In this document: positions 19,142 through 32,423 of the stretch, one piece after another | Layout of the letters: each line of letters starts with the position of its first letter | Position numbering within the stretch: the first letter of the stretch is position 1 | Assembly (NCBI RefSeq): GCF_051903065.1 | Contig: NZ_CP178438.1 | DNA from: Escherichia coli | Lineage (GTDB): Bacteria > Pseudomonadota > Gammaproteobacteria > Enterobacterales > Enterobacteriaceae | Length of the DNA stretch: 64,000 bases | Direction: 5' to 3' (one strand) | The notes under the pieces: model-generated | The model's database searches: none | Seen by the model: the letters and a program-made list of their open reading frames with translations, nothing else | Told to the model about the DNA's origin: nothing | Position numbers and translations under genes: made by a program

Positions 19142-21376
19142 CTAACTCCCGTGCAACCGACGCGCGTCGATAACATCCGGCACCTGGTTCAGTTTACCCA
19201 GCACGCGACCCAGCACTTGCAGGTTGTAAATCTCAATGGTCATGTCGATGGTCGCCAGTTGCTGTTTGGTGTCGCTACGGCTGGCAACGCCAAGCACGTT
19301 CACTTTCTCATTGGCGAGAATGGTCGTGATATCACGTAACAACCCACTACGATCATTAGCCACCACGCGGACCACCAGCGAATATCCGGCGGAGTAGCTC
19401 TCGCCCCATACCGCGTCAACAATGCGTTCTGGCGCATGGGAGCGCAGTTCCGCCAGTTGTTCGCAATCGGCGCGGTGTACTGAAATACCGCGTCCCTGGG
19501 TAATGAAGCCGACAATCTCATCTCCAGGAATCGGCTGGCAGCAGCGCGCGATGTGGTGCATCAGGTTACCGACACCTTCAACCACCACACGACCGTTATC
19601 TTTACTGCGGTTTTGCGGCGTGTAGCTTTTTTGCTGAAGTTGCTTCAGCGCGGCGGCGTCCTGCTCTTCGGCACTCGGCTTATTAAATTGCGATTGCAGG
19701 AAGTTCACCATCTGATTGAGACGGATATCCCCGCCACCAATCGCCGCCAGCAACTCGTCGACATCATTGAAGTTGTAACGCGGCAGCAGATGTTTTTCTG
19801 CTTCTTTCAGGCTGATCCCCAGATGTTCCAGCTCGTCGTCAAGGATTTGCCGCCCAGCCAGAATGTTTTTGTCACGGTCCTGTTTACGGAACCAGGCGTG
19901 AATTTTCGAACGCCCACGGCTGGTTGTGACGTAACCGAGGTTTGGGTTTAACCAGTCACGGCTGGGGTTCGGCTGTTTCTGGGTGATAATTTCAATCTGG
20001 TCGCCCATTTGCAGCTGGTAGGTGAACGGCACAATGCGCCCGCCAATTTTTGCCCCGATGCAGCGGTGTCCGACATCACTGTGGATGTGGTAAGCGAAGT
20101 CCAGCGGCGTTGATCCCGCAGGCAAATCAACGACATCACCTTTCGGCGTAAAGACATACACCCGGTCGTCAAACACCTGACTACGTACTTCGTCGAGCAT
20201 TTCGCCGGAATCAGCCATCTCTTCCTGCCACGCAATCAGTTTACGCAGCCAGGCAATCCGGTCTTCATGTCCCGAACGTGCGCCGCCAGCAGCCGCGCCC
20301 TCTTTATATTTCCAGTGCGCAGCAACACCCAACTCTGCATCTTCATGCATCTGTTTGGTGCGGATTTGGATCTCAACGGTTTTTCCACCCGGCCCCAGAA
20401 CCACGGTATGAATAGACTGATAACCGTTTGGTTTCGGGTTAGCGACGTAATCGTCAAACTCATCCGGCAGGTGGCGATAGTGAGTGTGCACTATCCCCAG
20501 TGCGGCATAACAATCCTGTAAACGCTCGGCGACAATACGTACCGCACGCACATCAAACAGCTCATCGAAGGCGAGGTTCTTTTTCTGCATTTTGCGCCAG
20601 ATGCTGTAGATGTGTTTCGGACGACCATACACTTCAGCTTTAACGCCTTCAGCTTTCATCTCAGCGCGCAGATGACCGACAAACTCTTCGATATAGTGTT
20701 CGCGGTCGAGACGGCGTTCATGCAACAGTTTTGCGATGCGTTTGTATTCGGTCGGGTGGAGATAACGGAAGCAGTAATCTTCCAGCTCCCATTTCAGTTG
20801 CCCAATCCCAAGACGGTTTGCCAACGGCGCGTAGATATTGGTGCACTCTTTTGCCGCCAGTACGCGTTCATCTTCCGGCGCATCTTTTACTTCACGCAGA
20901 TGAGCAATACGCTCCGCCAGTTTGATGACCACGCAGCGAAAATCATCGACCATCGCCAATAACATCCGGCGAACGTTATCGACCTGTTCGGAGGAAACAG
21001 AATCAGTGTGCGTCGCTTTCAGCTGGCGGATCGCCGCCATATCACGCACGCCGTGAATAAGGTTAACGACCGACTTACCGACGCTCTCACGCAGCACATC
21101 TTCGCTGACTACGTTGGCATCGGCCAGAGGGAACAGCAGCGCCGCCCGCAGCGTGTCAATATCCATACTTAATGTCGAGAGGATCTCCACCATCTCAACA
21201 CCACGCCACAATAACAGACTGGCATCCGGATGCCCCTGCGTCTGCTGCAGACAATACGCCCAGGTTTCGGCTAAGCACTCACACGACTTCTGGCTGGTAA
21301 TACCCAGACTTGCGATCCATTTTTCCGGATCAAATTCACCAGCCTTATTGATATGTGCACTTCTTACCGCAACCAT
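19142..21376 (-). CDS. relA: GTP pyrophosphokinase ((p)ppGpp synthetase I)
   Basis: 744 aa; HD-like and synthetase domains plus TGS/ACT C-terminus; position upstream of mazEF. Confidence 0.97.
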   Translation of the reverse strand: MVAVRSAHINKAGEFDPEKWIASLGITSQKSCECLAETWAYCLQQTQGHPDASLLLWRGVEMVEILSTLSMDIDTLRAALLFPLADANVVSEDVLRESVGKSVVNLIHGVRDMAAIRQLKATHTDSVSSEQVDNVRRMLLAMVDDFRCVVIKLAERIAHLREVKDAPEDERVLAAKECTNIYAPLANRLGIGQLKWELEDYCFRYLHPTEYKRIAKLLHERRLDREHYIEEFVGHLRAEMKAEGVKAEVYGRPKHIYSIWRKMQKKNLAFDELFDVRAVRIVAERLQDCYAALGIVHTHYRHLPDEFDDYVANPKPNGYQSIHTVVLGPGGKTVEIQIRTKQMHEDAELGVAAHWKYKEGAAAGGARSGHEDRIAWLRKLIAWQEEMADSGEMLDEVRSQVFDDRVYVFTPKGDVVDLPAGSTPLDFAYHIHSDVGHRCIGAKIGGRIVPFTYQLQMGDQIEIITQKQPNPSRDWLNPNLGYVTTSRGRSKIHAWFRKQDRDKNILAGRQILDDELEHLGISLKEAEKHLLPRYNFNDVDELLAAIGGGDIRLNQMVNFLQSQFNKPSAEEQDAAALKQLQQKSYTPQNRSKDNGRVVVEGVGNLMHHIARCCQPIPGDEIVGFITQGRGISVHRADCEQLAELRSHAPERIVDAVWGESYSAGYSLVVRVVANDRSGLLRDITTILANEKVNVLGVASRSDTKQQLATIDMTIEIYNLQVLGRVLGKLNQVPDVIDARRLHGS

Positions 21377-21423
21377 CGTCCTCTCCTTTAGGGACCAGAC
21401 CTGCCGAAATCGGCAAATCGTAA

Positions 21424-22725
21424 CTATTTAACGCGCGAGAAAAGTACCATCGATTCCAGATGTCCCGTGTGTGGGAACATATCCAGCATCGCCAGTCGCG
21501 CAATGGTATATCCTGCTTTTAATAACGCTTCGCTATCCCGAGCCAGCGTTGCAGGGTTACAGGATACATAAACTATACGAATAGGTTCCAGTTTTATAAT
21601 TTGCTGCATAACACCTGCGGCACCTGCTCGCGCCGGGTCCAGCAACACTTTATCGAAGCCGTTTTTCGCCCACGGCTGCTTTGTGACATCTTCTTCAAGA
21701 TTTTCGTGATAAAACGTCACATTCTGTAAGCCATTAAGACGCGCATTCTGCTGGCCTTTTTCCACCAGCGCCGGAACACCTTCTACACCCACGACACTGG
21801 CTGCTTGTGTCGCCAATGGCAGTGTAAAGTTGCCCATACCGCAGAACAGATCCAGTACGCGATCTTCAGGTTGCACATCCAGCCATTCCAACGCACGCGC
21901 TTCCATTTTTTGGTTCACACCCGCATTGACCTGAATAAAATCGCGCGGGCTAAAAGTTAAGCGCAACCCGTTTGAGTCATACCAGGGCATCTCACCAGAG
22001 ACGGTTTCGAGTATCTCACTATCGGGGGCGAGATACAGATCCAGGCCTTCAGAATGCGAAAAGCGTTCCAGTTTTTCGCGATCTGCCGAACTTAGCGGTG
22101 CGGTATGGCGCAAAATCATCAGCGTGCCGCTGGTTGCCTGTACTAGTTCAACATGACCAAGATGGCGCATAGCTTGTAAGCTGCCCAGGCATGCCCTGAC
22201 TTTGGGCAGCAATGCTTCAAGTTGGGGCACTAAAATGGGGCATTGTTTAACGTCGACAATGTCACTGGAGCCCGCTTTGCGAAACCCCATCTGAAGTTGC
22301 TGTGTTTTCGGTAAGTAGTTCAGACTTAAACGCGCGCGACGGCGATAGCCCCAGGGAACATCGGCGATCACTTCAGAGACTTCGTGTTTCATTAATCGGG
22401 CGAGTGCCGCACTTTTGCTTCGCTGCTGTAAATCCACGCTGGCGTGTTGTTGCTGACAGCCGCCGCATACGCCAAAATGAGGACAGCGTGGCGTTTCGCG
22501 TTCCGGGCTATCGCTTAACCGGCGTACGACTTTAGCGCGGGCATACTGTTTTTTATCTTCAGTAACAGTAACTTCCGCGTTTTCCTGCGGCAATAATCCG
22601 GGGATAAATAGCGTTTTGCCGTTATGTCGCGCCACGCCCTGACCAAAAGAGTCGAGGTCGTTGACTGAAACGGTTATGATCTGACGCGTCGTCGTGCGTC
22701 GTTTTGCAGAGTAGAATTGCGCCAT
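21424..22725 (-). CDS. rlmD: 23S rRNA (uracil1939-C5)-methyltransferase
   Basis: 433 aa; TRAM domain, Cys cluster for Fe-S, SAM-dependent methyltransferase fold. Confidence 0.93.
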   Translation of the reverse strand: MAQFYSAKRRTTTRQIITVSVNDLDSFGQGVARHNGKTLFIPGLLPQENAEVTVTEDKKQYARAKVVRRLSDSPERETPRCPHFGVCGGCQQQHASVDLQQRSKSAALARLMKHEVSEVIADVPWGYRRRARLSLNYLPKTQQLQMGFRKAGSSDIVDVKQCPILVPQLEALLPKVRACLGSLQAMRHLGHVELVQATSGTLMILRHTAPLSSADREKLERFSHSEGLDLYLAPDSEILETVSGEMPWYDSNGLRLTFSPRDFIQVNAGVNQKMEARALEWLDVQPEDRVLDLFCGMGNFTLPLATQAASVVGVEGVPALVEKGQQNARLNGLQNVTFYHENLEEDVTKQPWAKNGFDKVLLDPARAGAAGVMQQIIKLEPIRIVYVSCNPATLARDSEALLKAGYTIARLAMLDMFPHTGHLESMVLFSRVK

Positions 22726-22781
22726 TGGCGAGACTTTCTCAATTTAACAGTGTGACCTTAATTGTCCCATAACGGAACTCC

Positions 22782-25538
22782 ATGACCAACTACAGCCTGC
22801 GCGCACGCATGATGATTCTGATCCTGGCACCGACCGTCCTTATTGGTTTATTGCTGAGTATCTTTTTCGTCGTGCATCGCTATAACGACTTGCAGCGTCA
22901 ACTGGAAGATGCCGGTGCCAGCATTATTGAGCCGCTTGCAGTTTCTACTGAATATGGCATGAGCCTGCAAAATCGCGAATCTATCGGTCAGTTAATAAGC
23001 GTACTGCATCGTCGCCATTCCGATATTGTTCGCGCGATTTCGGTTTATGATGAAAATAACCGGCTCTTTGTCACCTCCAATTTTCATCTTGATCCCTCAT
23101 CAATGCAGCTCGGCAGCAACGTGCCGTTTCCTCGCCAGCTCACTGTCACTCGTGACGGCGATATTATGATCCTCCGCACGCCGATTATTTCTGAGAGTTA
23201 CTCCCCCGACGAATCGCCCAGTAGCGATGCCAAAAATAGTCAAAATATGCTGGGATATATTGCGCTGGAGCTGGATCTTAAATCGGTTCGCTTGCAGCAA
23301 TATAAAGAGATCTTTATTTCCAGCGTGATGATGCTGTTTTGTATCGGCATTGCGCTTATTTTTGGCTGGCGCTTAATGCGCGATGTAACCGGTCCGATTC
23401 GCAACATGGTGAATACCGTCGACCGCATCCGTCGCGGGCAACTCGACAGCCGGGTGGAAGGATTTATGCTCGGCGAGCTGGATATGCTGAAAAACGGTAT
23501 CAACTCGATGGCAATGTCGCTGGCTGCTTATCACGAAGAGATGCAGCACAATATCGACCAGGCGACGTCCGATCTGCGTGAAACGCTGGAGCAGATGGAA
23601 ATTCAGAACGTTGAGTTGGATCTGGCGAAAAAGCGCGCCCAGGAAGCGGCGCGTATTAAATCCGAGTTTCTGGCAAATATGTCACACGAGCTGCGTACAC
23701 CACTGAATGGTGTTATTGGCTTTACCCGCCTGACGCTGAAAACAGAATTAACACCAACGCAGCGCGATCACCTGAATACGATTGAACGTTCGGCAAATAA
23801 TTTGCTGGCAATTATTAATGATGTTCTCGACTTCTCGAAACTGGAAGCAGGTAAGCTGATTCTGGAAAGTATTCCATTCCCACTACGCAGCACACTGGAT
23901 GAAGTCGTTACTCTGCTGGCACATTCTTCTCACGATAAAGGGTTGGAATTGACGCTCAATATTAAAAGCGACGTGCCTGATAACGTGATCGGCGACCCAC
24001 TGCGATTACAGCAAATCATCACTAACCTGGTGGGGAATGCAATTAAATTCACCGAGAATGGCAACATTGATATTCTGGTAGAAAAACGTGCGCTGAGTAA
24101 TACCAAAGTGCAGATTGAAGTGCAGATTCGGGATACCGGCATTGGTATTCCTGAACGCGATCAATCGCGCTTATTCCAGGCCTTCCGACAGGCTGATGCC
24201 AGTATTTCCCGCCGTCATGGTGGCACCGGGCTGGGGCTGGTGATTACACAAAAACTGGTTAATGAAATGGGCGGCGATATTTCGTTCCATAGCCAGCCGA
24301 ATCGCGGTTCAACTTTCTGGTTCCACATTAATCTCGATCTGAACCCGAACATTATTATTGAAGGGCCATCCACCCAGTGCCTCGCCGGTAAACGCCTGGC
24401 CTATGTCGAACCAAACTCCGCAGCAGCGCAATGCACGCTGGATATTTTAAGTGAAACGCCGCTGGAAGTGGTTTATAGCCCAACGTTCTCCGCGCTGCCT
24501 CCCGCGCATTACGACATGATGTTGTTAGGCATCGCGGTGACCTTCCGCGAGCCGTTAACAATGCAACATGAGCGATTAGCGAAAGCGGTATCGATGACCG
24601 ATTTCCTGATGCTGGCACTTCCTTGCCATGCACAAGTCAATGCTGAAAAACTCAAGCAAGATGGTATCGGCGCGTGTCTGCTGAAACCATTAACACCTAC
24701 GCGCCTGCTGCCTGCCCTGACGGAATTTTGTCATCACAAACAAAACACGCTTTTGCCTGTAACCGATGAAAGTAAGCTGGCAATGACAGTCATGGCGGTT
24801 GATGACAACCCCGCTAACCTGAAACTTATCGGCGCATTGCTGGAAGATATGGTGCAACATGTGGAACTTTGCGATAGCGGGCATCAGGCGGTTGAACGGG
24901 CGAAACAGATGCCGTTCGATTTGATCTTAATGGATATTCAAATGCCTGACATGGATGGCATTCGGGCCTGCGAGCTCATCCACCAGCTCCCCCATCAGCA
25001 ACAAACGCCGGTTATCGCGGTAACGGCGCATGCAATGGCCGGGCAAAAAGAGAAGCTGCTTGGCGCAGGGATGAGCGATTATCTGGCGAAACCGATTGAA
25101 GAAGAGCGATTGCATAATTTGTTGTTGCGCTACAAGCCTGGCAGCGGTATTTCGTCTCGCGTCGTGACGCCCGAAGTCAACGAAATTGTGGTGAACCCGA
25201 ATGCGACCCTCGACTGGCAACTGGCACTACGCCAGGCAGCAGGAAAAACCGATTTAGCGCGCGATATGCTGCAAATGTTACTCGATTTCCTGCCTGAAGT
25301 TCGCAACAAAGTTGAGGAACAGCTGGTTGGAGAAAACCCGGAAGGCCTGGTTGATTTGATTCATAAACTGCATGGCAGTTGCGGCTATAGCGGTGTGCCG
25401 CGTATGAAGAATCTCTGCCAACTGATCGAACAACAGCTACGTAGCGGTACTAAAGAAGAAGATTTGGAGCCGGAGCTGCTGGAACTGTTGGACGAGATGG
25501 ATAATGTCGCGCGCGAAGCCAGCAAAATTCTCGGGTAA
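22782..25538 (+). CDS. barA: Hybrid sensor histidine kinase BarA (tripartite: HisKA-HATPase, receiver, HPt)
   Basis: 918 aa; N-terminal TM segments, HAMP, H-box SHELRTPLN, receiver domain, C-terminal HPt. Confidence 0.96.
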
Positions 25539-25610
25539 CGGACGTCTTGTCGAGTAGCAATCGGCTTTTTATGACGCTGGTTTCAGATTGGTGACAAAGT
25601 GCCTGTGTTT

Positions 25611-25709
25611 ATGCCGGATGCGGCGTTAACGCCTTATCCGGCCTACAAAACCAATTAAATTCAATAAATTAAAAAGCATGTAGGCCTGATAAGCGTAGCG
25701 CATCAGGCA
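25611..25709. repeat. REP/BIME palindromic elements downstream of barA
   Basis: gccggatgcggcgttaacgccttatccggcctac and inverted partner tgtaggcctgataagcgtagcgcatcaggc. Confidence 0.8.
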
Positions 25710-25770
25710 ATTTTGTGTTTGGCATCAGTCTCAAACCGGCTCCAGATAGAGCCGGTTTTGGTTTTTTGTC

Positions 25771-27111
25771 TTAACGCACCATGCACGGGCGCTTATTATC
25801 GAACGTCCAGCCAGGAATCAGATACTGCATTCCCATCGCATCGTCACGCGCGCCAAGCCCGTGTTTCTGATACAGCTCATGGGCTTTCATCACTTGATCC
25901 ATATCGATTTCTACACCCAGCCCCGGTTTTTCTGGCACCTGTACCAGCCCGCCTTTGATCTCAAACGGTTCTTTGGTCAGGCGCTGATTGCCTTCCTGCC
26001 AAATCCAGTGCGTATCAATAGCAGTAATTTTACCCGGTGCAGCGGCGGCAACATGGGTAAACATCGCCAGGGAAATATCGAAGTGGTTGTTAGAGTGTGA
26101 ACCCCAGGTCAGGCCAAATTCATGGCACATTTGCGCCACACGTACCGAACCTTGCATCGTCCAGAAATGCGGATCCGCCAGCGGGATATCAACGGATTGT
26201 AACGAGAGCGTATGGCCCATCTGCCGCCAGTCGGTGGCGATCATATTGGTTGCAGTCGGCAGGCCAGTCGCGCGACGGAACTCTGCCATCACTTCACGCC
26301 CGGAGAAACCTTGCTCCGCACCACACGGATCTTCTGCATAAGCCAGCGAACCTTTCAGGTATTTACCAATTTTAATCGCTTCGTTCAGCGACCAGGCACC
26401 GTTAGGATCGAGCGTAATACGCGCCTGCGGGAAGCGTTGCGCCAGTGCCACAATAGACTCGGCCTCTTCTTCCCCGGCCAGTACACCGCCTTTCAGTTTG
26501 AAATCGTTGAAGCCATATTTTTCATACGCCGCTTCCGCCAGGCGCACCACCGCATCCGGCGTCATCGCTTCTTCATGACGCAGGCGATACCAGTCGCATG
26601 AGTCATCCGGCTGGCTTTGATACGGCAGCGGTGTGGCTTTGCGATTACCGACGAAGAACAGATAACCGAGCATTTCGACTTCGCTACGCTGTTGACCATC
26701 GCCCAGCAGCGATGCCACGTTAACCCCCAGATGCTGCCCCAGCAGATCCAGCATTGCCGCTTCTATCCCGGTAACTACATGAATAGTGGTACGCAAATCA
26801 AATGTCTGCAAACCGCGCCCGCCGGCATCACGATCGGCAAAAGTATTACGCACCAGCGTCAGAACGTTTTTGTATTCACCCAGCGTTTTACCCACTACCA
26901 GCGGAATCGCATCTTCCAGCGTTTTACGGATTTTCTCGCCGCCGGGAATTTCCCCTACGCCAGTGTGACCAGAATTATCTTTGATAATCACAATATTACG
27001 CGTGAAGAACGGTGCGTGTGCACCACTCAGATTCATCAGCATACTGTCATGGCCCGCCACCGGGATGACCTTCATTTCAGTAACAACAGGCGTCGTAAAT
27101 TGAGAACTCAT
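25771..27111 (-). CDS. gudD: Glucarate dehydratase
   Basis: Enolase-superfamily protein, [39 protein letters not shown]...; start at the internal ATG (27111). Confidence 0.93.
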   Translation of the reverse strand: MSSQFTTPVVTEMKVIPVAGHDSMLMNLSGAHAPFFTRNIVIIKDNSGHTGVGEIPGGEKIRKTLEDAIPLVVGKTLGEYKNVLTLVRNTFADRDAGGRGLQTFDLRTTIHVVTGIEAAMLDLLGQHLGVNVASLLGDGQQRSEVEMLGYLFFVGNRKATPLPYQSQPDDSCDWYRLRHEEAMTPDAVVRLAEAAYEKYGFNDFKLKGGVLAGEEEAESIVALAQRFPQARITLDPNGAWSLNEAIKIGKYLKGSLAYAEDPCGAEQGFSGREVMAEFRRATGLPTATNMIATDWRQMGHTLSLQSVDIPLADPHFWTMQGSVRVAQMCHEFGLTWGSHSNNHFDISLAMFTHVAAAAPGKITAIDTHWIWQEGNQRLTKEPFEIKGGLVQVPEKPGLGVEIDMDQVMKAHELYQKHGLGARDDAMGMQYLIPGWTFDNKRPCMVR

Positions 27112-27131
27112 ATTTATGTCCTTTTTCAGAA

Positions 27132-28472
27132 TCAATGACGGCCGAAAACGGGACGTTTACGGTCAAAGGTCCAGCCGGGGATCAGGTACTGCATCGGGCC
27201 TGCGTCGTTACGCGCACCGCCAGGCAGACGTTTATAGGCCTCATGTGCCTTTTGTACCTGTTCCCAGTCCAGTTCCACGCCCAGACCGGGCGCATCAGGA
27301 ACGGCAATTTTTCCGTTTTTAATCTCCAGCGGATTTTGGGTCAGGCGACAATCGCCCTCCTGCCAAATCCAGTGGGTATCGATAGCGGTAGGATTACCCG
27401 GTGCCGCCGCGCCCACATGGGTAAACATCGCCAGAGAGATATCGAAATGGTTGTTGGAATGGCAGCCCCAGGTCAGCCCCCAGTCGTCGCAAAGCTGCGC
27501 CACGCGGACTGCACCGGAAAGCGTCCAGAAGTGCGGATCGGCAAGTGGAATATCTACCGCATTGAGCATCACCGCATGGCCCATTTCGCGCCAGTTGGTG
27601 GCGATCATATTAGTCGCGACGGGCAAGCCGGTCGCCCGCCGAAACTCCGCCATCACTTCACGTCCGGAGAAGCCCTGTTCTGCGCCGCATGGATCTTCGG
27701 CATAGGTAAGAACATCATTCAGCCCTTTGCATAAAGAAATGGCTTCATCAAGCAGCCAGGCACCGTTGGGATCAACGGTAATCCGCGCATCCGGGAAGCT
27801 TTTCTTCAATGCACGAACAGTGTCGATTTCTTGCTCGCCAGGTAACACGCCGCCCTTAAGTTTGAAATCTTTAAAGCCATAGCGATCCTGTGAGGCTTCC
27901 GCCAGACGCACAACGGCTTCGCTGTTCATCGCTTTCTGATGTCGCAACTGATACCACTCATGGTTGCCCGGCGTATTTTCCAGATAAGGAAGATCGGTTT
28001 TAGTCCGATCACCGATATAAAACAGATAACCGAGGACGGTGATAGCATCGCGTTGCTTGCCTGGCCCTAACAGTTCGCAGACCGGAACATTCAGCGCCTT
28101 ACCTAGCAGGTCAAGCAAGGCGGCTTCCAGCGCCGCCACGGCGTTAACGCGCAATTCAAAGGTCCAGGCCCCTTTACCGAAGGTATCAAAATCGGCGGCC
28201 TGATTACCTTTATGCACCTGCTGAACCACTTTATTCAGGCGCGCAACTTCCTGGCCCAGCACCATCGGAATAGCTTCGACCAGTGTTTGATAAATCACCT
28301 CTCCGCCCGGCGCTTCACCAATGCCGGTATGCCCGGCATTATCGGTGAGTACCACGATATTGCGGGTGAAGTATGCGTTATGCGCACCACCAATATTGAG
28401 CAACATGCTGTCATGTCCGGCGACCGGAATGACTTTCATATCAGTAATAACAGGACTGGATTGTGTCGTCAT
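27132..28472 (-). CDS. gudX: Glucarate dehydratase-related protein
   Basis: 446-aa paralog of gudD directly upstream in the same operon. Confidence 0.92.
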   Translation of the reverse strand: MTTQSSPVITDMKVIPVAGHDSMLLNIGGAHNAYFTRNIVVLTDNAGHTGIGEAPGGEVIYQTLVEAIPMVLGQEVARLNKVVQQVHKGNQAADFDTFGKGAWTFELRVNAVAALEAALLDLLGKALNVPVCELLGPGKQRDAITVLGYLFYIGDRTKTDLPYLENTPGNHEWYQLRHQKAMNSEAVVRLAEASQDRYGFKDFKLKGGVLPGEQEIDTVRALKKSFPDARITVDPNGAWLLDEAISLCKGLNDVLTYAEDPCGAEQGFSGREVMAEFRRATGLPVATNMIATNWREMGHAVMLNAVDIPLADPHFWTLSGAVRVAQLCDDWGLTWGCHSNNHFDISLAMFTHVGAAAPGNPTAIDTHWIWQEGDCRLTQNPLEIKNGKIAVPDAPGLGVELDWEQVQKAHEAYKRLPGGARNDAGPMQYLIPGWTFDRKRPVFGRH

Positions 28473-28473
28473 C

Positions 28474-29826
28474 TTATTGCCCCGCGACAGGTTTCAGCTC
28501 GATACGCTTGATATCGCCCACCAGCACCAGGTAGCTCAGTACCGCGATTAAGGCATGAACACCAACATAAATCAGCGCCCCATTAAAGGAGCCAGTCGTG
28601 CCAACGATATAACCAATTGCGATTGGCGTGACGATGCCAGAAATGTTACCGAACATGTTGAACAGGCCACCGGAAAGACCGCTGATCTCTTTTGGCGCGG
28701 TATCTGCCATTACTGCCCAACCCAGCGCCCCAATGCCCTTACCGAAGAAGGCCAGCGCCATAAAGCCGATGATCATCCACTCAACGTTGACGTAGTTGCA
28801 GAACACCATCACCATCGACAGCAACATGCCCATTACGATCGGTGTTTTACGCGCAATGTTCAGCGATCCCGTGCGGCGCATCAGCCAGTCGGAAATAATC
28901 CCACCCAGCACACCGCCGATAAAACCGCAAACCGCCGGAACGGAAGCCACAAAGCCCGCTTTCAGAATCGACATCCCACGCGCCTGCACCAGATAAACCG
29001 GAAACCAGGTAATGAAAAAGTAAGTCAGGGCGTTGATACAGTACTGACCGATATAAACGCCGATCATCATCCGTGACCCGAGCAGCTGTTTGATCTGCCC
29101 CCACTTCACGCTGAACGGCACTTTAACTTTGGTGTTTTGCTGATCCATATTGATCAGCGCGCCACCCGCGGCGATGTACTCCAGCTCTTTCTGATTTACC
29201 CCCGGATGTTGATTTGGCTCGTGGATGACTTTCAACCAGATAAAGCTGATGACAATCCCCAGACCGCCCATAAAGAAGAAGACGTGTGACCAGCCCACTT
29301 CATGCGTCAGCCAGCCCATAATCGGCGCGAAGATCACCGTTGCGAAGTATTGAGCGGAGTTAAAAATCGACACCGCCGTTCCCCTTTCCTGCGCCGGAAA
29401 CCAGGCCGCAACAATGCGACTGTTGCCGGGGAAAGATGGCGCTTCAGCAAGCCCGACCAGGAAGCGCAGCGTAAACAGGGCAACGATAATGCCGAATCCA
29501 CTAAAGATATCGACGAAGCCTTGCAGCAAGGTAAACATCGACCAGATAAAGATCGACCAGAAGTAGACGCGTTTTGAACCAAAACGATCCAGCAACCAAC
29601 CACCAGGGATCTGCCCGATAACATAAGCCCATGAGAAGGCAGAGAACACATAACCCATTCCCACGGGATCAAGGCCGATATCTTTGGCCATTTCCGAACC
29701 GGCAATAGAAAGCGTAGCGCGGTCGCCGTAGTTGAAGGATGTGACGATAAACAACATCACCACTATCCAGTAACGAGCATTCGTGCGTTTTTCCACACTG
29801 CTCGCAGCCTGACTTAAAGAACTCAT
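28474..29826 (-). CDS. gudP: Glucarate/galactarate MFS transporter
   Basis: 450-aa MFS permease; stop abuts the gudX start. Confidence 0.92.
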   Translation of the reverse strand: MSSLSQAASSVEKRTNARYWIVVMLFIVTSFNYGDRATLSIAGSEMAKDIGLDPVGMGYVFSAFSWAYVIGQIPGGWLLDRFGSKRVYFWSIFIWSMFTLLQGFVDIFSGFGIIVALFTLRFLVGLAEAPSFPGNSRIVAAWFPAQERGTAVSIFNSAQYFATVIFAPIMGWLTHEVGWSHVFFFMGGLGIVISFIWLKVIHEPNQHPGVNQKELEYIAAGGALINMDQQNTKVKVPFSVKWGQIKQLLGSRMMIGVYIGQYCINALTYFFITWFPVYLVQARGMSILKAGFVASVPAVCGFIGGVLGGIISDWLMRRTGSLNIARKTPIVMGMLLSMVMVFCNYVNVEWMIIGFMALAFFGKGIGALGWAVMADTAPKEISGLSGGLFNMFGNISGIVTPIAIGYIVGTTGSFNGALIYVGVHALIAVLSYLVLVGDIKRIELKPVAGQ

Positions 29827-30151
29827 TGTTGCACTCCTGAAAATTCGCGTTAGCCACGCTCACTCTGGACTGCGACATCGCCAGGAAATCAGAGGTGACG
29901 TAGGGTGTTTTTTGCCGTTTTTATAGGTTGTTCGCCGAATACGGCGCGTGTTTATATCTGGCAATAGCAGTATAAAAAGCGCGCCATAGCGGCTCACCGT
30001 GCAACAACACAACATTAATGCGTTCAATGAGGCCCGATTTTGGCATTAGCCCTGGACGGTGGAATCCACTTCACGGAAATGAAAACAAGAACAAGAAAGG
30101 AAGGGTTAAAACGAAGAAATAAAGAAGAGTATGAAATGGATCGCTTGACTC

Positions 30152-30207
30152 CAGGCAAACGCCAGTAAAAATCCGCGCTATGAAGCAGTTTTTACTGGCA
30201 TTTGCCT
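30152..30207 (-). terminator. Long stem-loop downstream of yqcA (probable terminator)
   Basis: About 19-bp inverted repeat aggcaaacgccagtaaaaa ... tttttactggcatttgcct with an 18-nt loop, about 55 bp past the yqcA stop. Confidence 0.5.
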
Positions 30208-30260
30208 GAAAAGATTCGATTCAGCACCGCTAAAACGACATTTACCGCTCGCTGAACATA

Positions 30261-30710
30261 TCAGGACAACAGCGTGCCCCACTGTTCGACCCACGGATTT
30301 GATTCCGTTTCCGGTTCCGGGTTCTCACTGGCGTCAATCAACAGCATTTCGCCAACCCGCTGAGCGCTCTGTTCCTGCAACAAGGCATCGAACTGTTTGC
30401 CGCCATTGCAGAAATTCACATAACTACTGTCGCCGAGCGCAATCACGCCATAACGCAGATTCGGCTGGAAGCCCAGACTATCTTTGATTCCCTGAAAGAG
30501 CGGCACAATGCTATCAGGAAGGTCGCCCTGCCCGGTCGTGGACGTAACCACCAGAACATACTTATCCTGATAGGGCAGCCAGTCGCTTAATTCAGGATCT
30601 TCAAATACCGTTGCTTTGTGGCCCTGTGCGGTCAGAATTGCTTCTGCTTCTTCCGCCACTAACAGCGAATTTCCGTACATGGTGCCGACAAAAATACCAA
30701 TTTCCGCCAT
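30261..30710 (-). CDS. yqcA: Flavodoxin-like protein
   Basis: 149 aa, [26 protein letters not shown]... flavodoxin fold. Confidence 0.9.
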
Positions 30711-30727
30711 ACCGTTTTCTCCCTGGA

Positions 30728-31510
30728 TTAGGAACTTATCTCTCCATCCTGACCTGATGGCGCACTGAACTCAACCCTTTCATTTTCAGGAAGCAGACCG
30801 CGCCAGCCAAATTGTGATAACGCCTGCATCCAGGTGTCGTCCAGGCCCGCGTGAATAGTCAGCGGCTCGCCAGTAAAAGGATGCGTCAATGACAACTGAC
30901 TGGCATGCAGCATTAACCGCTGAAGACCAAAATGCTCAGCACCGCTGCGATTCTGGCGTAAATCGCCATGTTTGCTATCGCCAATAATCGGATGACGCAA
31001 ATGGGCAAGATGTCGGCGAAGCTGATGTTTGCGTCCGGTTTTCGGCTCCAGTTCCACCAGGCCGTAGCGCGTGGTCGGGTAACGTCCGGTCGCTACCGGC
31101 ATTTCTACGGTCGCCAGACCGCGATAATGCGTCACTGCTGGCTGCGGGCCTTTATCTTCGCGGGCAAATTTATCAGCGATTTTGTCCAGTTCTTCCACCA
31201 GTGGATAATCCAGCACCGCTTCTTCCATCAACCAGCCGCGCACAATCGCATGGTAACGTTTCTGGATTTGGTGCTGTTCAAACTGTTGTGCCAGCAGCCG
31301 TCCGGCCTCGCTGGATAATCCCATCAACAACACACCAGAAGTTGGTCGGTCCAGACGATGAGCAGTAAAAACATGCTGTCCTATCTGGTCACGCACGGTT
31401 TGCATGACCACTACTTTCTCGTCGCGATCCAGCCAGCTGCGGTGAACCAGCCAGCCGGAGGGTTTATTTACCGCAACCAGCCATTCATCCTGATAGAGTA
31501 TTTCCAGCAT
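30728..31510 (-). CDS. truC: tRNA pseudouridine(65) synthase
   Basis: 260 aa; RluA-family catalytic motif [13 protein letters not shown]. Confidence 0.93.
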
Positions 31511-31839
31511 TAGCTCGCATCATCCGCAAAAAGAGCATCCAGTTTTTCCAACTCAGCCAGAATAAGCGCGCGTTGCGGATGGTCCGTCGCCAGCGCCATT
31601 TCATAATAGGGAGCAACGGCAAAAGCGCCCGGTAACGGCTGGTTGTTATTTAACAAATCGTGCATTCGCGGGATCAGCACCCACTGCAACCACTCCAGTG
31701 GTTCCATGGTGTCCATAAAGAACGGTTGGGTACTATTAAATTGATGCGGCTGGGGTACATCGTTTCGCCAGTGCTGATGTTCACGCAGTAACGCTTCAAG
31801 CGCCTGCAACTGGAGACGAACGCGGTCATGAGTGGTCAT
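31510..31839 (-). CDS. yqcC: DUF446-family protein
   Basis: 109-aa ORF whose stop overlaps the truC start (TAATG). Confidence 0.85.
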   Translation of the reverse strand: MTTHDRVRLQLQALEALLREHQHWRNDVPQPHQFNSTQPFFMDTMEPLEWLQWVLIPRMHDLLNNNQPLPGAFAVAPYYEMALATDHPQRALILAELEKLDALFADDAS

Positions 31840-31882
31840 AAAGCAACCTCAATAAGAAAAACTGCCGCGAAGGATAGCAGGA

Positions 31883-32250
31883 ATAAAAAAAGGGAGCACT
31901 GTATTCACAGTGCTCCCGGTTCGTTTCGCAGCATTCCAGCTACATTTGTTGCTCCCTGCTCATCCTTGACAACTTTTCCTCTGGCCTTGCGGCCAATCGT
32001 TCATCCTGAACTATTGCTTCCTGCTCACACCACCCCGATGTGATACTTCATCCTGAAGTGTCCCTGGCCTTCCTGACCCACCGAATCATCCTGACCGGTT
32101 CTCATTCTCCATCCTGGAGGTGTCCTTTAACGCGTCCTGCGTCATCCTCTTCGCTTCATCCAGAAGCCTTTCCCTGAAACACCATCCTGGTGTGTCCTTC
32201 AGAAGTGTCATCATCCTGATGTTCACTTCGTTGTCTGACTCCCTGTCGAC
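31883..32250 (-). ncRNA. csrB: CsrB small RNA (CsrA-sequestering)
   Basis: About 368 nt on the minus strand with many CAGGATG / AGGATG motifs (seen as catcctg on the plus strand) and a 3' terminator hairpin gggagcactg...cagtgctccc plus T-run; matches the csrB sequence as I recall it. Confidence 0.95.
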
Positions 32251-32423
32251 GAAGATAGAATCGTCTTTTTCGCGAAGTCTTACAAGGCGCTTACAGACAA
32301 TGCCTTAAGGAAAATTTCATATGAAAGTTAGGAATTAACAAGCAACATGTTGTTTTTAAATGAAAATAACGATTCTTATCTTTTTAAGTATTCGCTTATT
32401 TCCTGGCGATCTCCTACAGAGTC

